From SAR86 cluster bacterium (GTDB lineage: Bacteria; Pseudomonadota; Gammaproteobacteria; Magnimaribacterales; AG-339-G14): a stretch of DNA of 64,000 bases. Under the pieces are notes generated by a model. That model searched no databases. It had not been told where the DNA came from and saw only the letters and a list, made by a program, of their open reading frames with translations. Both the position numbers and the translations under genes were made by a program. The DNA lies in the NCBI GenBank assembly GCA_023703675.1, contig CP097974.1, positions 917,288 through 981,287 on the forward strand. Direction: 5' to 3'. This document shows, piece after piece, positions 12,543 to 23,808 of this stretch (positions within the stretch are counted from its first letter, which is position 1; every line of letters starts with the position of its first letter).

Positions 12543-13193
12543 TTAATCAGTGATTGAATTTTTCTTTTTTTGAACTTCGCCTCTGCAAATCCAAACTTTA
12601 ACGCCGATTATTCCATAGGTGGTTTTAGCTTCAGCAAAACCATAATCTATATCAGCTTTTAAAGTATGTAATGGCACTCTTCCTTCCTTATGCCATTCAG
12701 CTCTTGCAATTTCAGCTCCACCTAATCTGCCTGAAACTCTCACTTTTACACCTAAAGCGCCTTGTCTTGTACAATTTTGTGCAGCTCTTTTAATAACTCT
12801 TCTAAACATTGCCCTTTTTTCTAATTGCACTGCTATGTTAGCCGCAACTAGTTGAGCGTCTAAATCGGGCTTTCTAATTTCTTTGATATTTAGACTTACT
12901 GGAACTTCCATAAGCTCAGAGAGCTCAGCTCTTAACTTATCTATGTCTTCGCCTTTTTTTCCAATTATCATCCCTGGTCGAGAGGTATGAATTGAAACTT
13001 TAGCGCTCTCAGAGGGTCTTTCGATTTCAATCTTACTCACGAAAGCATTATCTAATCGTTTCTTTAAAAACTCACGAACTAAGAAGTCGTTTAGAAGTAG
13101 TTTTTGGTATTTATTTTTTTCTGCATACCAAACTGAATTATGATCTCTAGAAATGCCTAACCTGATTCCAATTGGATTTACTTTCTGTCCCAT
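12543..13193 (-). CDS. rpsC: 30S ribosomal protein S3
   Basis: 216 aa. [24 protein letters not shown] and KH-domain GKKGEDI. Confidence 0.97.
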   Translation of the reverse strand: MGQKVNPIGIRLGISRDHNSVWYAEKNKYQKLLLNDFLVREFLKKRLDNAFVSKIEIERPSESAKVSIHTSRPGMIIGKKGEDIDKLRAELSELMEVPVSLNIKEIRKPDLDAQLVAANIAVQLEKRAMFRRVIKRAAQNCTRQGALGVKVRVSGRLGGAEIARAEWHKEGRVPLHTLKADIDYGFAEAKTTYGIIGVKVWICRGEVQKKKNSITD

Positions 13194-13535
13194 TTAAATT
13201 CCTCTCGTGTTAAGCGATAGATTAATATGACATGATCTTTTTTGAATCCTATCCGCCCTTCCTCTTGCTCTGGGTCTTATTCTTTTAAGCAAAAAAGCAT
13301 CATCTACTGAAATCTCAGATATAAAAAGATTATCAATATCTAAACCATTATTATGTTCTGCATTGGCTATTGCAGACTCTAAAAGTTTTTTTAGATTCTT
13401 AGAAGAAGATTTTTTACTAAAATTAAGAATATCTAAAGCTTCTGAAACAAACTTTCCTCTTATTTGATCTGCAAGCAATCTAACTTTGAAGCTAGATACT
13501 GGTAGACGACTTAATTTAGCTTTTACTTCATTCAT
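13194..13535 (-). CDS. rplV: 50S ribosomal protein L22
   Basis: The ORF track extends to 13586 and overlaps rpsS. The ATG at 13533-13535 (MNEVKAKLSRLPVSSFKVRL..., 113 aa) sits 1 nt after the rpsS stop and matches L22 length. Confidence 0.93.
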   Translation of the reverse strand: MNEVKAKLSRLPVSSFKVRLLADQIRGKFVSEALDILNFSKKSSSKNLKKLLESAIANAEHNNGLDIDNLFISEISVDDAFLLKRIRPRARGRADRIQKRSCHINLSLNTRGI

Positions 13536-13536
13536 T

Positions 13537-13806
13537 TTAAGTTTTCCTATCTCCAGAATGCATTTTGAAAGTTCTTGTGAGAACAAATTCTCCTAATTTA
13601 TGCCCAACCATGTCTTCTTTGATGGAAAGAGGGACGTGATCCCTTCCGTTATGGACAGATATTGTTAAGCCAACCATCTCAGGAATAATTAATGACCTTC
13701 TTGACCAAGTTTTAATAGGTTTCCTGTCATTATTTGAGGAAGCTTTAACAACTTTGTCTAAAAGATGATGATCTACAAAAGGACCTTTTTTAATTGATCT
13801 AGGCAT
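13537..13806 (-). CDS. rpsS: 30S ribosomal protein S19
   Basis: 89 aa. [19 protein letters not shown]. Confidence 0.97.
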   Translation of the reverse strand: MPRSIKKGPFVDHHLLDKVVKASSNNDRKPIKTWSRRSLIIPEMVGLTISVHNGRDHVPLSIKEDMVGHKLGEFVLTRTFKMHSGDRKT

Positions 13807-14630
13807 TACTTCTTCCTCCTTCTGATGATAAAAGAGTCAGTTCTTTTATTATTTCTAGTTCTAAAACCTTTTGTAGGAGTTCCCCAAGGAGAAACAGGAT
13901 GCCTGCCTCCCGAAGTTCTTCCTTCACCTCCACCATGAGGATGATCTACAGGATTCATAGCCACTCCTCTTACGGTTGGACGAATACCCATCCATCTTTT
14001 TGCTCCAGCTTTACCAATTGACTTGAGAGAATGTTCTGAATTTGAAACCTCTCCAATCGTAGCCCTACAAGAAGTTAAAACTTTTCGGACCTCCCCACTT
14101 TTTAACCTTAAAGAAGCATACCCAGCATCTTTAGCAACGTACTGGACAGAAGATCCAGCGCTTCTTGCAACTTGAGCTCCTTTTTTCGGCTTCAATTCAA
14201 CACAGTGGATAGTTGTGCCGACGGGAATGTTATCTAATTCTAAAGAGTTGCCAATACTAATCGGAGCTGAACTTCCTGAAATAATTTCGTCTCCTACTTG
14301 TATATTTTTAGGAGCGATAACATATCTTCTCTCCCCATCTGCATATAAAACTAAAGCAATATGGGCTGATCTATTTGGGTCATACTCTAATCTTTCAATT
14401 TTGGCGGGAATGCTGTCTTTATCCCTTTTAAAATCAATGATTCTATAGTGGTGTTTGTGACCACCTCCAATGTGTCTGGTAGTGATTCTACCAGCGTTAT
14501 TTCTGCCGCCAGACTTTAAGTTAGGTTCGGTCAAAGGTTGATAAGATCTTCCTTTATATAGGTCAGGATTGGAAGAAATGCTTCTAAATCTTCTTCCGGG
14601 AGAGGTGGGTTTTGCCTTTATTACTGCCAT
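13806..14630 (-). CDS. rplB: 50S ribosomal protein L2
   Basis: The ORF track extends to 14693. The ATG at 14628-14630 gives [15 protein letters not shown]... (274 aa), the canonical L2 N-terminus, 2 nt after the rplW stop. Confidence 0.96.
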   Translation of the reverse strand: MAVIKAKPTSPGRRFRSISSNPDLYKGRSYQPLTEPNLKSGGRNNAGRITTRHIGGGHKHHYRIIDFKRDKDSIPAKIERLEYDPNRSAHIALVLYADGERRYVIAPKNIQVGDEIISGSSAPISIGNSLELDNIPVGTTIHCVELKPKKGAQVARSAGSSVQYVAKDAGYASLRLKSGEVRKVLTSCRATIGEVSNSEHSLKSIGKAGAKRWMGIRPTVRGVAMNPVDHPHGGGEGRTSGGRHPVSPWGTPTKGFRTRNNKRTDSFIIRRRKK

Positions 14631-14632
14631 AA

Positions 14633-14935
14633 CTAATCTTGAGATATTTCTATTCTGTCTCCTTCTTTCAAAGCTACATAAGCCTTTTTCCAATTAGATT
14701 TTTTTGAAATTTTCCCTTTAGCTGTCATACTTCTTTTTATCTTCCCTTTAACATTGAGAATATTTACCTTATTGACAGTTACTTTGAATTCTTCTTCCAC
14801 CGCTTTTTTTACTTCAATTTTTGAGGCTTTTGGACTTACTTTAAACACGTAAGCATTTGCGAATTGTCCTACGAGGGAGGCTTTTTCAGTCATATGCCCC
14901 GAAAAAATAACTTGATTAGGATAAAGGTTGCTCAT
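14633..14935 (-). CDS. rplW: 50S ribosomal protein L23
   Basis: 100 aa. ...HMTEKASLV...[21 protein letters not shown] aligns with L23. Confidence 0.94.
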   Translation of the reverse strand: MSNLYPNQVIFSGHMTEKASLVGQFANAYVFKVSPKASKIEVKKAVEEEFKVTVNKVNILNVKGKIKRSMTAKGKISKKSNWKKAYVALKEGDRIEISQD

Positions 14936-15543
14936 GTATATAGCTCCTCTAAATTCTTAAGGCAATCATTATCAATTAAAATTGAATTGTTCTTAAGAAG
15001 CGAAATAGGATTTAAAGAATTAATTCCGATAACTTCTAGGTCAGCAATATTTCTACTAGCTAATCTCATATTATCGCTCAACTCTTTATAAATTATGAGA
15101 CCTTTCTCAAAACCTATTTCTTTGAGTTTCAAAGAAAGTTCTTTAGTTTTTGGGGATGCTAGTTCCAAATCTTGAGAGATAAATATTTTATTTTCCTTTG
15201 CTAGATTTGAAAGAATTGACCTCATAGCTGATTTATACATTTTTCTGTTAATTTTTTTAGGTTCCGAAGACTTAGATCTGGCTGCAAACGTTACTCCTCC
15301 GCCTTTCCAGATAGGACTTCTTGATGTGCCAGCTCTTGCTCTCCCAGTTCCTTTTTGCCTCCAAGGTTTTTTTCCTCCCCCGCTTACTTGAGATCTATTT
15401 TTTTGTGCTTTAGTTCCTTGGTGACTGTTATCTATGTATGAATTAAGTAATTGAGAAATTAGATTTTCATTTACGTTTTGATTAAACAAAACATCAGAAA
15501 CAGGCAAAGTCTTATTTTTTGAGTTAATTACTGGCAATTCCAT
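14932..15543 (-). CDS. rplD: 50S ribosomal protein L4
   Basis: 203 aa. GGGKKPWRQKGTGRARAGTSRSPIWKGGG motif. Confidence 0.97.
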   Translation of the reverse strand: MELPVINSKNKTLPVSDVLFNQNVNENLISQLLNSYIDNSHQGTKAQKNRSQVSGGGKKPWRQKGTGRARAGTSRSPIWKGGGVTFAARSKSSEPKKINRKMYKSAMRSILSNLAKENKIFISQDLELASPKTKELSLKLKEIGFEKGLIIYKELSDNMRLASRNIADLEVIGINSLNPISLLKNNSILIDNDCLKNLEELYT

Positions 15544-15545
15544 AT

Positions 15546-16181
15546 CTATTTTTTTATCGCGGGTTTGATAATTATTTTTGAGCCAGAAGGCCCAGGAATC
15601 GATCCTTTAACAAGAATCAGTTTATTTTCTTCATCAATCTTTACAATTTTCAGATTTTGTATTGTTTTATTTACATTACCCAAATGACCAGACATTTTTT
15701 TTCCTTTCCAAACTCTTCCAGGGGTTTGGCATTGTCCAATAGAGCCGGGTTTTCTATGAGCTAAAGAATTTCCATGAGTTGCATCTTGAGTAGCAAAATT
15801 CCATCTTTTAACAGTTCCAGCAAAACCTTTACCTTTAGAAAGCCCAGACACGTCTACAAACTGGCCTTCCTCAAAGTTATTTACAGAAAATTCTTTTCCA
15901 ATTTCTATCTCAGCAAGACTATCTGGTGTAACTCTAAACTCGTGAATGTTATTTTTTGTGTTGATGTTATTTTTACTAAAATGACCTTTGTTGGGTTTTA
16001 TGACTTTTTTTTCTTTTCGATCATTTGAAGACAATTGAACTGCGGAATACCCATCAGTTTCTTCATTCTTGATCTGAGAAACAATATTTGGGTCAACCTT
16101 GATAACACTGACAGGAATGGATTCACCATTTTCGTGAAATACTCTTGTCATTCCCTCTTTAGTTGCAATTAAACCAATCAC
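15546..16181 (-). CDS. rplC: 50S ribosomal protein L3 (GTG start)
   Basis: 211 aa. (M)IGLIATKEGMTRVFHENGESIPVSVI. The start codon reads GTG (cac at 16179-16181). Confidence 0.96.
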   Translation of the reverse strand: MIGLIATKEGMTRVFHENGESIPVSVIKVDPNIVSQIKNEETDGYSAVQLSSNDRKEKKVIKPNKGHFSKNNINTKNNIHEFRVTPDSLAEIEIGKEFSVNNFEEGQFVDVSGLSKGKGFAGTVKRWNFATQDATHGNSLAHRKPGSIGQCQTPGRVWKGKKMSGHLGNVNKTIQNLKIVKIDEENKLILVKGSIPGPSGSKIIIKPAIKK

Positions 16182-16195
16182 TTTAAATACCTAAA

Positions 16196-16519
16196 TTATT
16201 TAGTTAATTCGTCTAAGGATATTTGAACATCTACACCTGCAGATAAATCCAATTTCATCAAAGCATCTACAGTTTTTTCTGTCGGCTTGATAATATCCAT
16301 AATTCTTTTATAAGTTCTAATTTCGTATTGATCTCTAGCATCTTTATCTTTGTGAGGAGAGATAAGAATTGTAGTGAGTCTTTTTCTTACAGGCATTGGA
16401 ATTGGTCCTTTTATGATTGCACCGGTCCTTTTTACAGTTTCAACTATTTCCTTAGCCGATTTATCAATCAGCTTATTATCGAAGGCTTTAAGCCTAATTC
16501 TGATATTTTGGTTTTGCAA
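16196..16519 (-). CDS. rpsJ: 30S ribosomal protein S10 (TTG start)
   Basis: 107 aa. (M)[18 protein letters not shown] is collinear with E. coli [14 protein letters not shown]. The start codon is TTG (caa at 16517-16519), preceded by AGAGG. Confidence 0.96.
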   Translation of the reverse strand: MQNQNIRIRLKAFDNKLIDKSAKEIVETVKRTGAIIKGPIPMPVRKRLTTILISPHKDKDARDQYEIRTYKRIMDIIKPTEKTVDALMKLDLSAGVDVQISLDELTK

Positions 16520-16559
16520 AATATACCTCTATAAAAATACAAAATTGTTAAAGAACTTA

Positions 16560-16580
16560 GCTTTTTAATTAATAAAAAGC
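16560..16580 (-). promoter_or_regulatory. AT-rich hairpin in the rpsJ leader (8-bp stem GCUUUUUA/UAAAAAGC, 5-nt loop)
   Basis: Perfect inverted repeat read directly from the sequence. It lies between the predicted promoter and the rpsJ start. Function is unknown. The E. coli S10 leader carries an L4-responsive attenuator, but no similarity is claimed. Confidence 0.35.
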
Positions 16581-16593
16581 ACAAAGAGCCGCA

Positions 16594-16622
16594 ATTCTAT
16601 TGGGGCAGAGGGATTGTGTCAA
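16594..16622 (-). promoter_or_regulatory. sigma70-type promoter for the S10 operon (TTGACA-N17-TAGAAT)
   Basis: On the minus strand: TTGACA (16622-16617), 17-nt spacer, TAGAAT (16599-16594). It sits in the 114-nt fusA-rpsJ gap. Confidence 0.55.
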
Positions 16623-16633
16623 CAGATAATATC

Positions 16634-18748
16634 TTACGTTTTACTAATAATAGCTTCAGCTACGTTTGTAGGAACTTCTGAATATTTCAATGGTTCCATA
16701 GTGAAAGTTGCTCTACCCTGAGTTGCTGATCTTAAGTCAGTAGCATAGCCAAACATTTCAGCTAACGGGACTTCCCCATCTAGAACTTTTCCTGCGTGCA
16801 CGTCAGTCATGCCATTAACTATTCCTCTTCTTCTATTTAGGTCTCCAACAACATCTCCCATGTATTCTTCAGGAGTAACAACCTCCAGCTTCATTATAGG
16901 TTCTAAAAGCGCAGGTTTAGCCTTTAGAGCTCCATCTTTGAGAGCCATAGATGATGCAACTTTGAAAGCAATTTCACTTGAATCAACATCATGAAAAGAA
17001 CCATCATAAACAGTCACTTTAACGTCTATCAAAGGATACCCGGCAATAATTCCTGATTGCATCTGCTCTTTTGCTCCCTTTTCAACAGCTGGAATGAATT
17101 CCCTAGGGATTGTTCCTCCAACAATTTTATTAACAAACTGGAAGACTTCTTTTTCGTCTTCTTTTTCATTATCTTCAAGGGGTTCAATTTTTAACCAAAC
17201 ATGACCATATTGTCCTTTACCTCCTGATTGTCTAACAAACTTTCCTTCTGACTCCACACTTTCTCTAATAGACTCTCGATAGGCAACTTGAGGCTTTCCG
17301 ATATTAGCTTCAACGTCGAATTCTCTCTTCATTCTGTCTACTAAGACTTCTAAATGAAGTTCTCCCATACCAGATATAATGGTTTGTCCAGATTCTTCAT
17401 CAGTATTTACTCGAAAAGATGGATCCTCTTGAGATAACCTTCCTAGTGCCAATCCCATCTTTTCCTGATCAGATTTTGTTTTCGGTTCAACAGCAACTGA
17501 TATGACTGGCTCAGGAAATGTCATTTTTTCTAAAATAATTGTTTTTTTCAAATCACATAATGTGTCCCCTGTTGTCACATCTTTAAGTCCAATTATTGCA
17601 GCAATATCTCCTGCTCTTACTTCAGAAATTTCCTCTCTATTATTTGCATGCATTTGAAGCATTCTTCCAACTCGTTCCTTAGAACTTTTAGATGAAGCAA
17701 AAACCGAGTCTCCTTGAGTCAAAACTCCAGAGTAAACCCTTATAAAGGTAAGCGTTCCGACAAATGGATCGGTCGCAATTTTAAAAGCCAAAGCAGAAAA
17801 GGGTTCATCATCGTCAGAATTTCTAGATTCTACAGTTTCTCCATCTTCTAAAACTCCTTGAATCGCTTCCACTTCAGTTGGCGCAGGAAGATACTGAATA
17901 ACAGAATCAAGCATTGGTTGAACACCTTTATTTTTAAATGCGGAACCACAGATACATACTACTATTTCGTTTGAGAGTGTTCTCTCTCTTAAGCCCTTAT
18001 GTATATCTTCCTCAGACAAATCGCCATCATTTAAATATTTCTCCATTAGTTCTTCATTTGCTTCGGCAGCTGACTCAAGCATGTCTTCTCGGTATTTCTT
18101 TGCTTTCTCTATTAAATTATCTGGAATCTCTTCTTCTTTGTAACTTGTACCTTTATCATCCCCATCCCAGTAAAGAGCTTTCATTTTTATTAAATCTATA
18201 ATCCCCGAAAAATCGTCTTCGGCTCCTATTGGCAATTGAATTGCTACAGGGGAAGCGCCTAATCTATTTTTAATTTGGTCAACGACTCTTTCAAAATCAG
18301 CTCCAGCTCTATCCATTTTATTTACGAAACATATTCTTGGAACTTTATAGCGATTTGCTTGTCTCCAAACAGTTTCTGACTGTGGCTCTACGCCGGAACT
18401 CCCGCAGAACACTACAACAGCCCCATCAAGAACTCTAAGAGATCTTTCTACTTCAATAGTGAAATCAACATGTCCAGGAGTATCAATTATATTAATTCTG
18501 TGCTCTTGAAAATTTTGTCTCATGCCTTTCCAAAAACACGTTGTTGCTGCAGAGGTAATTGTTATTCCTCTTTCTTGTTCTTGCTCCATCCAGTCCATGG
18601 TTGCAGCACCATCATGAACCTCGCCAATTTTATGAGAAATCCCAGTGTAAAAAAGAACTCTTTCAGTGGTGGTAGTTTTTCCAGCATCAACGTGAGCGCA
18701 AATTCCTATGTTGCGATATAAGTCTAGAGGGAAATTTCTACCGGCCAT
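16634..18748 (-). CDS. fusA: elongation factor G
   Basis: 704 aa. [28 protein letters not shown] and NKMDR GTPase motifs. Follows rpsL-rpsG. Confidence 0.97.
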   Translation of the reverse strand: MAGRNFPLDLYRNIGICAHVDAGKTTTTERVLFYTGISHKIGEVHDGAATMDWMEQEQERGITITSAATTCFWKGMRQNFQEHRINIIDTPGHVDFTIEVERSLRVLDGAVVVFCGSSGVEPQSETVWRQANRYKVPRICFVNKMDRAGADFERVVDQIKNRLGASPVAIQLPIGAEDDFSGIIDLIKMKALYWDGDDKGTSYKEEEIPDNLIEKAKKYREDMLESAAEANEELMEKYLNDGDLSEEDIHKGLRERTLSNEIVVCICGSAFKNKGVQPMLDSVIQYLPAPTEVEAIQGVLEDGETVESRNSDDDEPFSALAFKIATDPFVGTLTFIRVYSGVLTQGDSVFASSKSSKERVGRMLQMHANNREEISEVRAGDIAAIIGLKDVTTGDTLCDLKKTIILEKMTFPEPVISVAVEPKTKSDQEKMGLALGRLSQEDPSFRVNTDEESGQTIISGMGELHLEVLVDRMKREFDVEANIGKPQVAYRESIRESVESEGKFVRQSGGKGQYGHVWLKIEPLEDNEKEDEKEVFQFVNKIVGGTIPREFIPAVEKGAKEQMQSGIIAGYPLIDVKVTVYDGSFHDVDSSEIAFKVASSMALKDGALKAKPALLEPIMKLEVVTPEEYMGDVVGDLNRRRGIVNGMTDVHAGKVLDGEVPLAEMFGYATDLRSATQGRATFTMEPLKYSEVPTNVAEAIISKT

Positions 18749-18756
18749 GATAAATA

Positions 18757-19227
18757 TTAAAATCTGAAATGAGAAAAAGCTTTATTCGCTTCAGCCATTT
18801 TATGAGTATCTTGTCTCTTTTTTACGGCCTCTCCTTTTCCTTCGGAAGCTTCAAGCAATTCATTTGCCAATTTTGAAGACATATTCTTTTCTGACCTATT
18901 TTTTGCGCTGGTAACTAACCAACGCATTGCTAATGCCATTTTTCTTGATGTCTTAACTTCAAGAGGAACTTGATATGTCGCTCCTCCAACTCGTCTAGAT
19001 TTTACTTCTACTTGCGGGCCAACATTATCAAGAGCTTCTTCAAATATTTCTAAAGGATCTCTTTTGGCTTTGTTAGATATTTCTTCTAGCGCAGAATATA
19101 TTATTTTCTCGGCAGTACTTTTTTTTCCTCTTTCCATGAGGTTGTTAATAAATTTAGAGAGCTTTAAATTACCATATTTTGGGTCAGGTAAAATTTCTCT
19201 TTTTGGAATCGGTCCTTTTCTTGGCAT
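18757..19227 (-). CDS. rpsG: 30S ribosomal protein S7
   Basis: 156 aa. [20 protein letters not shown]. Confidence 0.97.
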   Translation of the reverse strand: MPRKGPIPKREILPDPKYGNLKLSKFINNLMERGKKSTAEKIIYSALEEISNKAKRDPLEIFEEALDNVGPQVEVKSRRVGGATYQVPLEVKTSRKMALAMRWLVTSAKNRSEKNMSSKLANELLEASEGKGEAVKKRQDTHKMAEANKAFSHFRF

Positions 19228-19598
19228 TATTTTGGTTTTTTAGACCCATATTTAGATCTTCTTTGTTTTCTATCTTCAACACCCGTAGTATCAAGAGTTC
19301 CTCTAACAGTGTGGTATCTGACCCCTGGAAGATCTTTAACTCTTCCTCCTCTAAGTAAAACTACAGAATGTTCTTGAAGATTATGGCCTTCTCCACCAAT
19401 GTAAGAGATAACTTCATACCCAGAAGTCAGTCTTACTTTGCAAACTTTTCTTAATGCTGAATTAGGTTTCTTTGGAGTAGTAGTATATACCCTTGTACAA
19501 ACTCCTCTTTTCTGGGGAGATCCACCTAAAGCAGGAACATCACTTTTTGCCTTCTTGATTTTCCTAGGTTTCTTTATAAGTTGATTGATAGTTGCCAT
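19227..19598 (-). CDS. rpsL: 30S ribosomal protein S12
   Basis: 123 aa. [13 protein letters not shown]...[19 protein letters not shown]. Confidence 0.97.
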   Translation of the reverse strand: MATINQLIKKPRKIKKAKSDVPALGGSPQKRGVCTRVYTTTPKKPNSALRKVCKVRLTSGYEVISYIGGEGHNLQEHSVVLLRGGRVKDLPGVRYHTVRGTLDTTGVEDRKQRRSKYGSKKPK

Positions 19599-19610
19599 AA
19601 AAATGATGCG

Positions 19611-19639
19611 ATTTTAAAGTTGCTTTCTATTCAGGTCAA
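19611..19639 (-). promoter_or_regulatory. sigma70-type promoter upstream of rpsL (TTGACC-N17-TAAAAT)
   Basis: On the minus strand: TTGACC (19639-19634), 17-nt spacer, TAAAAT (19616-19611). Only 12 nt separate the -10 hexamer from the rpsL ATG. Confidence 0.5.
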
Positions 19640-19653
19640 TAAAATTGTACTAA

Positions 19654-22600
19654 TTAAGATGACTCTTCTTCAGAGTTCATAGCTTCTGAAATTTCAGACT
19701 CAAGATCTGCAACATCTATTTCTTCATTTGCATCAACGTTATATCCTGTTCCAGAAGGAACAAGCCTACCAATAACTACATTTTCTTTGAGCCCTCTGAG
19801 CTTATCAACTTTCCCAGTTACAGCTGCCTCAGTTAAGACGCGAGTAGTTTCTTGAAAGGATGCGGCTGAAATAAATGACTCAGTTGCTAAAGAAGCTTTT
19901 GTGATACCAAGTAATAATCTATTAAATTTTGCAGGAGCACTGCCTTCAGCTAAAAGTTTTTTATTAACTTTAACAACTTCTGAGAATTCTACTTGATCAC
20001 CTATTATGAGATCAGAATCTCCGGATTCTGTGACTTCAACTTTTCGTAACATTTGTCTGAGAATACATTCGATGTGTTTATCACTTATTTCAACACCTTG
20101 TAGTCTGTATACGTCCTGAATTTCGTTTACAACATAATCAGTCAACTCGGTTACACCTTTTAACGATAAGATATCATGTGGGCTCAAAGAGCCTTCACTA
20201 ATGACGTCACCTTTATTTACGGTTTCACCTTCGAAAACGTTAATACTTCTGGTTTTAGGAATTAAAGTTTCACTTACAACCTCTTCTCCGGATTCTTTGC
20301 CTGTAATTATTAGTCTTCTTTTTCCTTTAGTCTCTTTACCCCAGGATACCACTCCAGTTAACTCTGCAAGAATAGCAACTTCTTTTGGTTTTCTCGCTTC
20401 GAAGAGATCAGCAACCCTTGGAAGTCCACCAGTTATGTCCCTTGTTTTCGACGACTCTTTAGGAATTCTAGCTAAAACATCTCCCACATTTATAGCTTCA
20501 GCATCTGAAACATTAACCAGTGACTTTTGTTCAAGAACATAATTAGCAGGCCTTTTACCATTTGGAAGAAGAACTTCGTTACCCTTTCCATCAACAATAG
20601 AAATTGTAGGAGTTAAATCTTTTCCTGCTGAAGTTCTTTCTCCTGCATCAAGAACTTCCATGCTGCTTAAGCCAGTGAGCTCATCTTGAACAACCCTAAC
20701 CGAGATTCCATTTTCCATTTCCAAGAGTTTTGCTTTTCCTTTTACTTCAGAAATTATTGGATGGTTTAGAGGATCCCATCTAGCTAAAATCTCTCCAGCT
20801 TTAACTTTTGCTCCATCTTTTACATTAATAGTTGCGCCATAAGGAAGTTTGTATCTTTCTTTCTCAAAATCATTTTCATCAAGCAAGAGTATTTCTGCAG
20901 ATCTAGAAATACATACTTCGTTTTTATCTTTATTTGTTACGGAGCTGATATTTTTATATTTTACTAACCCGTCAAATTTAACTTCTATCTTATCGTTTTC
21001 AGAAGCTCTTGAAGCCGCGCCGCCTATATGGAAGGTTCTCATAGTTAGTTGTGTGCCAGGCTCTCCTATGGATTGTGCGGCTACAATTCCTACCGCCTCT
21101 CCAGGATCTACTAAGTTTCCTCTTCCGAGATCTCTTCCGTAACACATTGAACAAATTCCAAAGCTTGTTTCGCAAGTTATAGCAGATCTAACCAAAGCAT
21201 AATTTATCTTATGATGCTCAATTTTTTCTGCTAGTTCTTCGTCAATTAAAGTTCCTTTAGAAATTTTTAGCTCTCCGTCTTTCGATTTAATATCTTGAGC
21301 CAAAACTCTTCCTAATATTCTCTCACTCAGCGATTGAACTACTTCTCCTCCATCGATTATAGTTCTTAATTCTAAACCCTCTTTGGTTCCACAATCATAT
21401 TCCCTGATAACTAAATCCTGTGCTACATCTACAAGACGTCTTGTAAGGTATCCTGAGTTTGCTGTCTTTAATGCGGTATCGGCCAAGCCCTTTCTTGCCC
21501 CATGAGTAGAAGTGAAATATTGAAGCACTGTAAGCCCTTCTCTAAAGTTAGCTGTTATAGGCGTTTCAATTATTGAGCCGTCTGGTTTAGCCATAAGCCC
21601 CCTCATGCCTGCAAGTTGTCTAACTTGGGCGGGAGAACTTCTTGCCCCAGAATCTAAATACATAAAGACTGAATTGAAAGAGTCTTCGTCAACTTCATCT
21701 CCTTCTGAATTTGTAACTTTATCTTTAGAAATAGTTTCCATCAAAGAACTGGCAACAGCTTCATTTGCTCTGGACCAAATATCTATAACTTTATTGTATT
21801 TTTCCCCTTGGGTGACCAAGCCAGAAGAGTATTGAGCCTCTATTTCTTTAACCTCGTTTTGTGCTTGAGAAATAATCGTTTCTTTATTATCAGGTATAAC
21901 ACAATCCTCAACACAAATTGACGAGCCAGAAATTGTTGAGTAATCGTAGCCAAGATTTTTTATCTTGTCTGAAAAGATCACTGTTGCTTTTAAACCAGAG
22001 TATCTATAGGAAGTGTTTATAAGATCTGAAATTGCTTTGCTATTTAGAGGCTTATTAACTTTTTCGAAAGGAATTTCTTTAGGAACTACCCCCCATAATA
22101 TTGTTCTACCAACAGTAGTTTCAACTAGATCTGTGGTCCCATCAGAATTATCTATTCTGCATTTTATAATTGCTTGTAAATCTACTTGTTTAGAGTCGTA
22201 AGCTCTTTTGACTTCATCGACATCAGCAAATATAGAGCCTTCTCCCAAAGAGTTTAATTTAGACTTTGTCATGTAATAAATACCTAGAACGACATCTTGA
22301 GAAGGATCAATAATAGGCCTCCCATTTGAAGGTGATAGAATGTTATTACTTGCCATCATTAGCGCTCGACACTCTAATTGAGATTCTAAAGTTAAGGGGA
22401 CATGTACCGCCATTTGATCTCCATCAAAGTCAGCATTGTAGGCTTTACAAACCAGAGGATGGAGCTGGATTGCTTTCCCCTCAATAAGAGTGGGTTCAAA
22501 AGCTTGGATTCCAAGGCGGTGAAGTGTAGGCGCTCTGTTCAAAAGAATAGGATGCTCTCTGATAACTTCAGCCAAAATGTCCCAAACAACTGGTTCTTCT

Positions 22601-23805
22601 CTTTCGACCATTCTCTTAGCACCTTTAATGGTGGTAGCAAGCTCCATATTCTGAAGTCTTCCAAACACAAATGGCTTGAAGAGTTCTAGAGCCATTTTTT
22701 TTGGCAACCCACATTGATGAAGCTTTAAAGTTGGCCCGACAACAATTACTGATCTACCTGAGTAATCAACCCTTTTGCCTAAAAGGTTTTGTCTAAATCT
22801 TCCTTGTTTGCCTTTGATCATGTCAGATAATGATTTTAAGGGGCGTTTGTTTGACCCGGTAATTGCTCTTCCTCTTCTTCCGTTGTCTAAAAGAGCATCG
22901 ACAGATTCTTGTAACATTCTTTTTTCATTTCGAACAATTATTTCGGGCGCACTGAGCTCTAATAATCTTTTTAACCTGTTATTTCTATTTATAACTCTCC
23001 TATATAGATCATTAAGGTCAGAGGTTGCAAATCTTCCTCCTTCGAGAGGAACTAAAGGTCTTAGATCTGGTGGCAACACCGGTAGAACATCTAAAATCAT
23101 CCATTCTGGTTTGTTACTAGATGATAAAAAACCTTTAAGAATTTTTAGTCTTTTAGACAGTTTCTTTATCTTGGCTTCACTATTTGTTCCTTCTATTTGA
23201 GAAACGACTTCACTTATTTCTTCCTCTAAATTCATTTCTGAAAGAAGAATTTTCACAGATTCAGCGCCCATTCCAGCTGAAAACTCTTCACCATAATTTT
23301 CTAAAGCTTCAAAGTATTCTTCTTCATCAAGAATTTGACCTTTTTCTAAATCTGTCATACCAGGATCGGTAACTACAAAAGATTCGAAATATAATATTCT
23401 TTCTATCTCCCTTAAGGTCATGTCTAGAAGCAATGAGATCCTTGAAGGTAAAGATTTTAGAAACCATATGTGCGCTACAGGGGCTGCTAATTCGATATGC
23501 CCCATTCTTTCTCTTCTGACTTTTGCAAGTGTTACTTCGACTCCACATTTTTCACAGACAACTCCTCTGTGTTTCATTCTCTTGTACTTTCCACAAATAC
23601 ATTCGTAGTCTTTTACAGGACCGAAAATCTTTGCGCAAAATAAACCATCTCTTTCTGGCTTGAAAGTTCTGTAATTTATTGTTTCTGGTTTTTTTACCTC
23701 ACCATAAGACCAAGATCTGATTTGTTGTGCCGAAGCTAATCCGGCTTTAATAGAATTGAAATTATCGGATTGATCTTGATTGAATAGTTTTAATAAGTCT
23801 TTCAT
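19654..23805 (-). CDS. rpoC: DNA-directed RNA polymerase subunit beta'
   Basis: 1383 aa. [12 protein letters not shown] catalytic motif and an N-terminal zinc-binding cysteine cluster. Confidence 0.98.
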   Translation of the reverse strand: MKDLLKLFNQDQSDNFNSIKAGLASAQQIRSWSYGEVKKPETINYRTFKPERDGLFCAKIFGPVKDYECICGKYKRMKHRGVVCEKCGVEVTLAKVRRERMGHIELAAPVAHIWFLKSLPSRISLLLDMTLREIERILYFESFVVTDPGMTDLEKGQILDEEEYFEALENYGEEFSAGMGAESVKILLSEMNLEEEISEVVSQIEGTNSEAKIKKLSKRLKILKGFLSSSNKPEWMILDVLPVLPPDLRPLVPLEGGRFATSDLNDLYRRVINRNNRLKRLLELSAPEIIVRNEKRMLQESVDALLDNGRRGRAITGSNKRPLKSLSDMIKGKQGRFRQNLLGKRVDYSGRSVIVVGPTLKLHQCGLPKKMALELFKPFVFGRLQNMELATTIKGAKRMVEREEPVVWDILAEVIREHPILLNRAPTLHRLGIQAFEPTLIEGKAIQLHPLVCKAYNADFDGDQMAVHVPLTLESQLECRALMMASNNILSPSNGRPIIDPSQDVVLGIYYMTKSKLNSLGEGSIFADVDEVKRAYDSKQVDLQAIIKCRIDNSDGTTDLVETTVGRTILWGVVPKEIPFEKVNKPLNSKAISDLINTSYRYSGLKATVIFSDKIKNLGYDYSTISGSSICVEDCVIPDNKETIISQAQNEVKEIEAQYSSGLVTQGEKYNKVIDIWSRANEAVASSLMETISKDKVTNSEGDEVDEDSFNSVFMYLDSGARSSPAQVRQLAGMRGLMAKPDGSIIETPITANFREGLTVLQYFTSTHGARKGLADTALKTANSGYLTRRLVDVAQDLVIREYDCGTKEGLELRTIIDGGEVVQSLSERILGRVLAQDIKSKDGELKISKGTLIDEELAEKIEHHKINYALVRSAITCETSFGICSMCYGRDLGRGNLVDPGEAVGIVAAQSIGEPGTQLTMRTFHIGGAASRASENDKIEVKFDGLVKYKNISSVTNKDKNEVCISRSAEILLLDENDFEKERYKLPYGATINVKDGAKVKAGEILARWDPLNHPIISEVKGKAKLLEMENGISVRVVQDELTGLSSMEVLDAGERTSAGKDLTPTISIVDGKGNEVLLPNGKRPANYVLEQKSLVNVSDAEAINVGDVLARIPKESSKTRDITGGLPRVADLFEARKPKEVAILAELTGVVSWGKETKGKRRLIITGKESGEEVVSETLIPKTRSINVFEGETVNKGDVISEGSLSPHDILSLKGVTELTDYVVNEIQDVYRLQGVEISDKHIECILRQMLRKVEVTESGDSDLIIGDQVEFSEVVKVNKKLLAEGSAPAKFNRLLLGITKASLATESFISAASFQETTRVLTEAAVTGKVDKLRGLKENVVIGRLVPSGTGYNVDANEEIDVADLESEISEAMNSEEESS

Positions 23806-23808
23806 AAA

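Noticed and set aside
13536-14693. ORF-track N-terminal extensions of rplV (to 13586) and rplB (to 14693). The same applies to rplJ (to 28870), ilvC (to 54443), rraA (to 36081), rplO (to 8171), secE (to 30996) and the DUF4399-like gene (to 59118).
   Set aside because: The extensions overlap the upstream gene and do not align with the conserved N-termini of the families. In several cases they begin at TTG. Internal ATGs placed just after the upstream stop, often with a Shine-Dalgarno sequence, give canonical N-termini.
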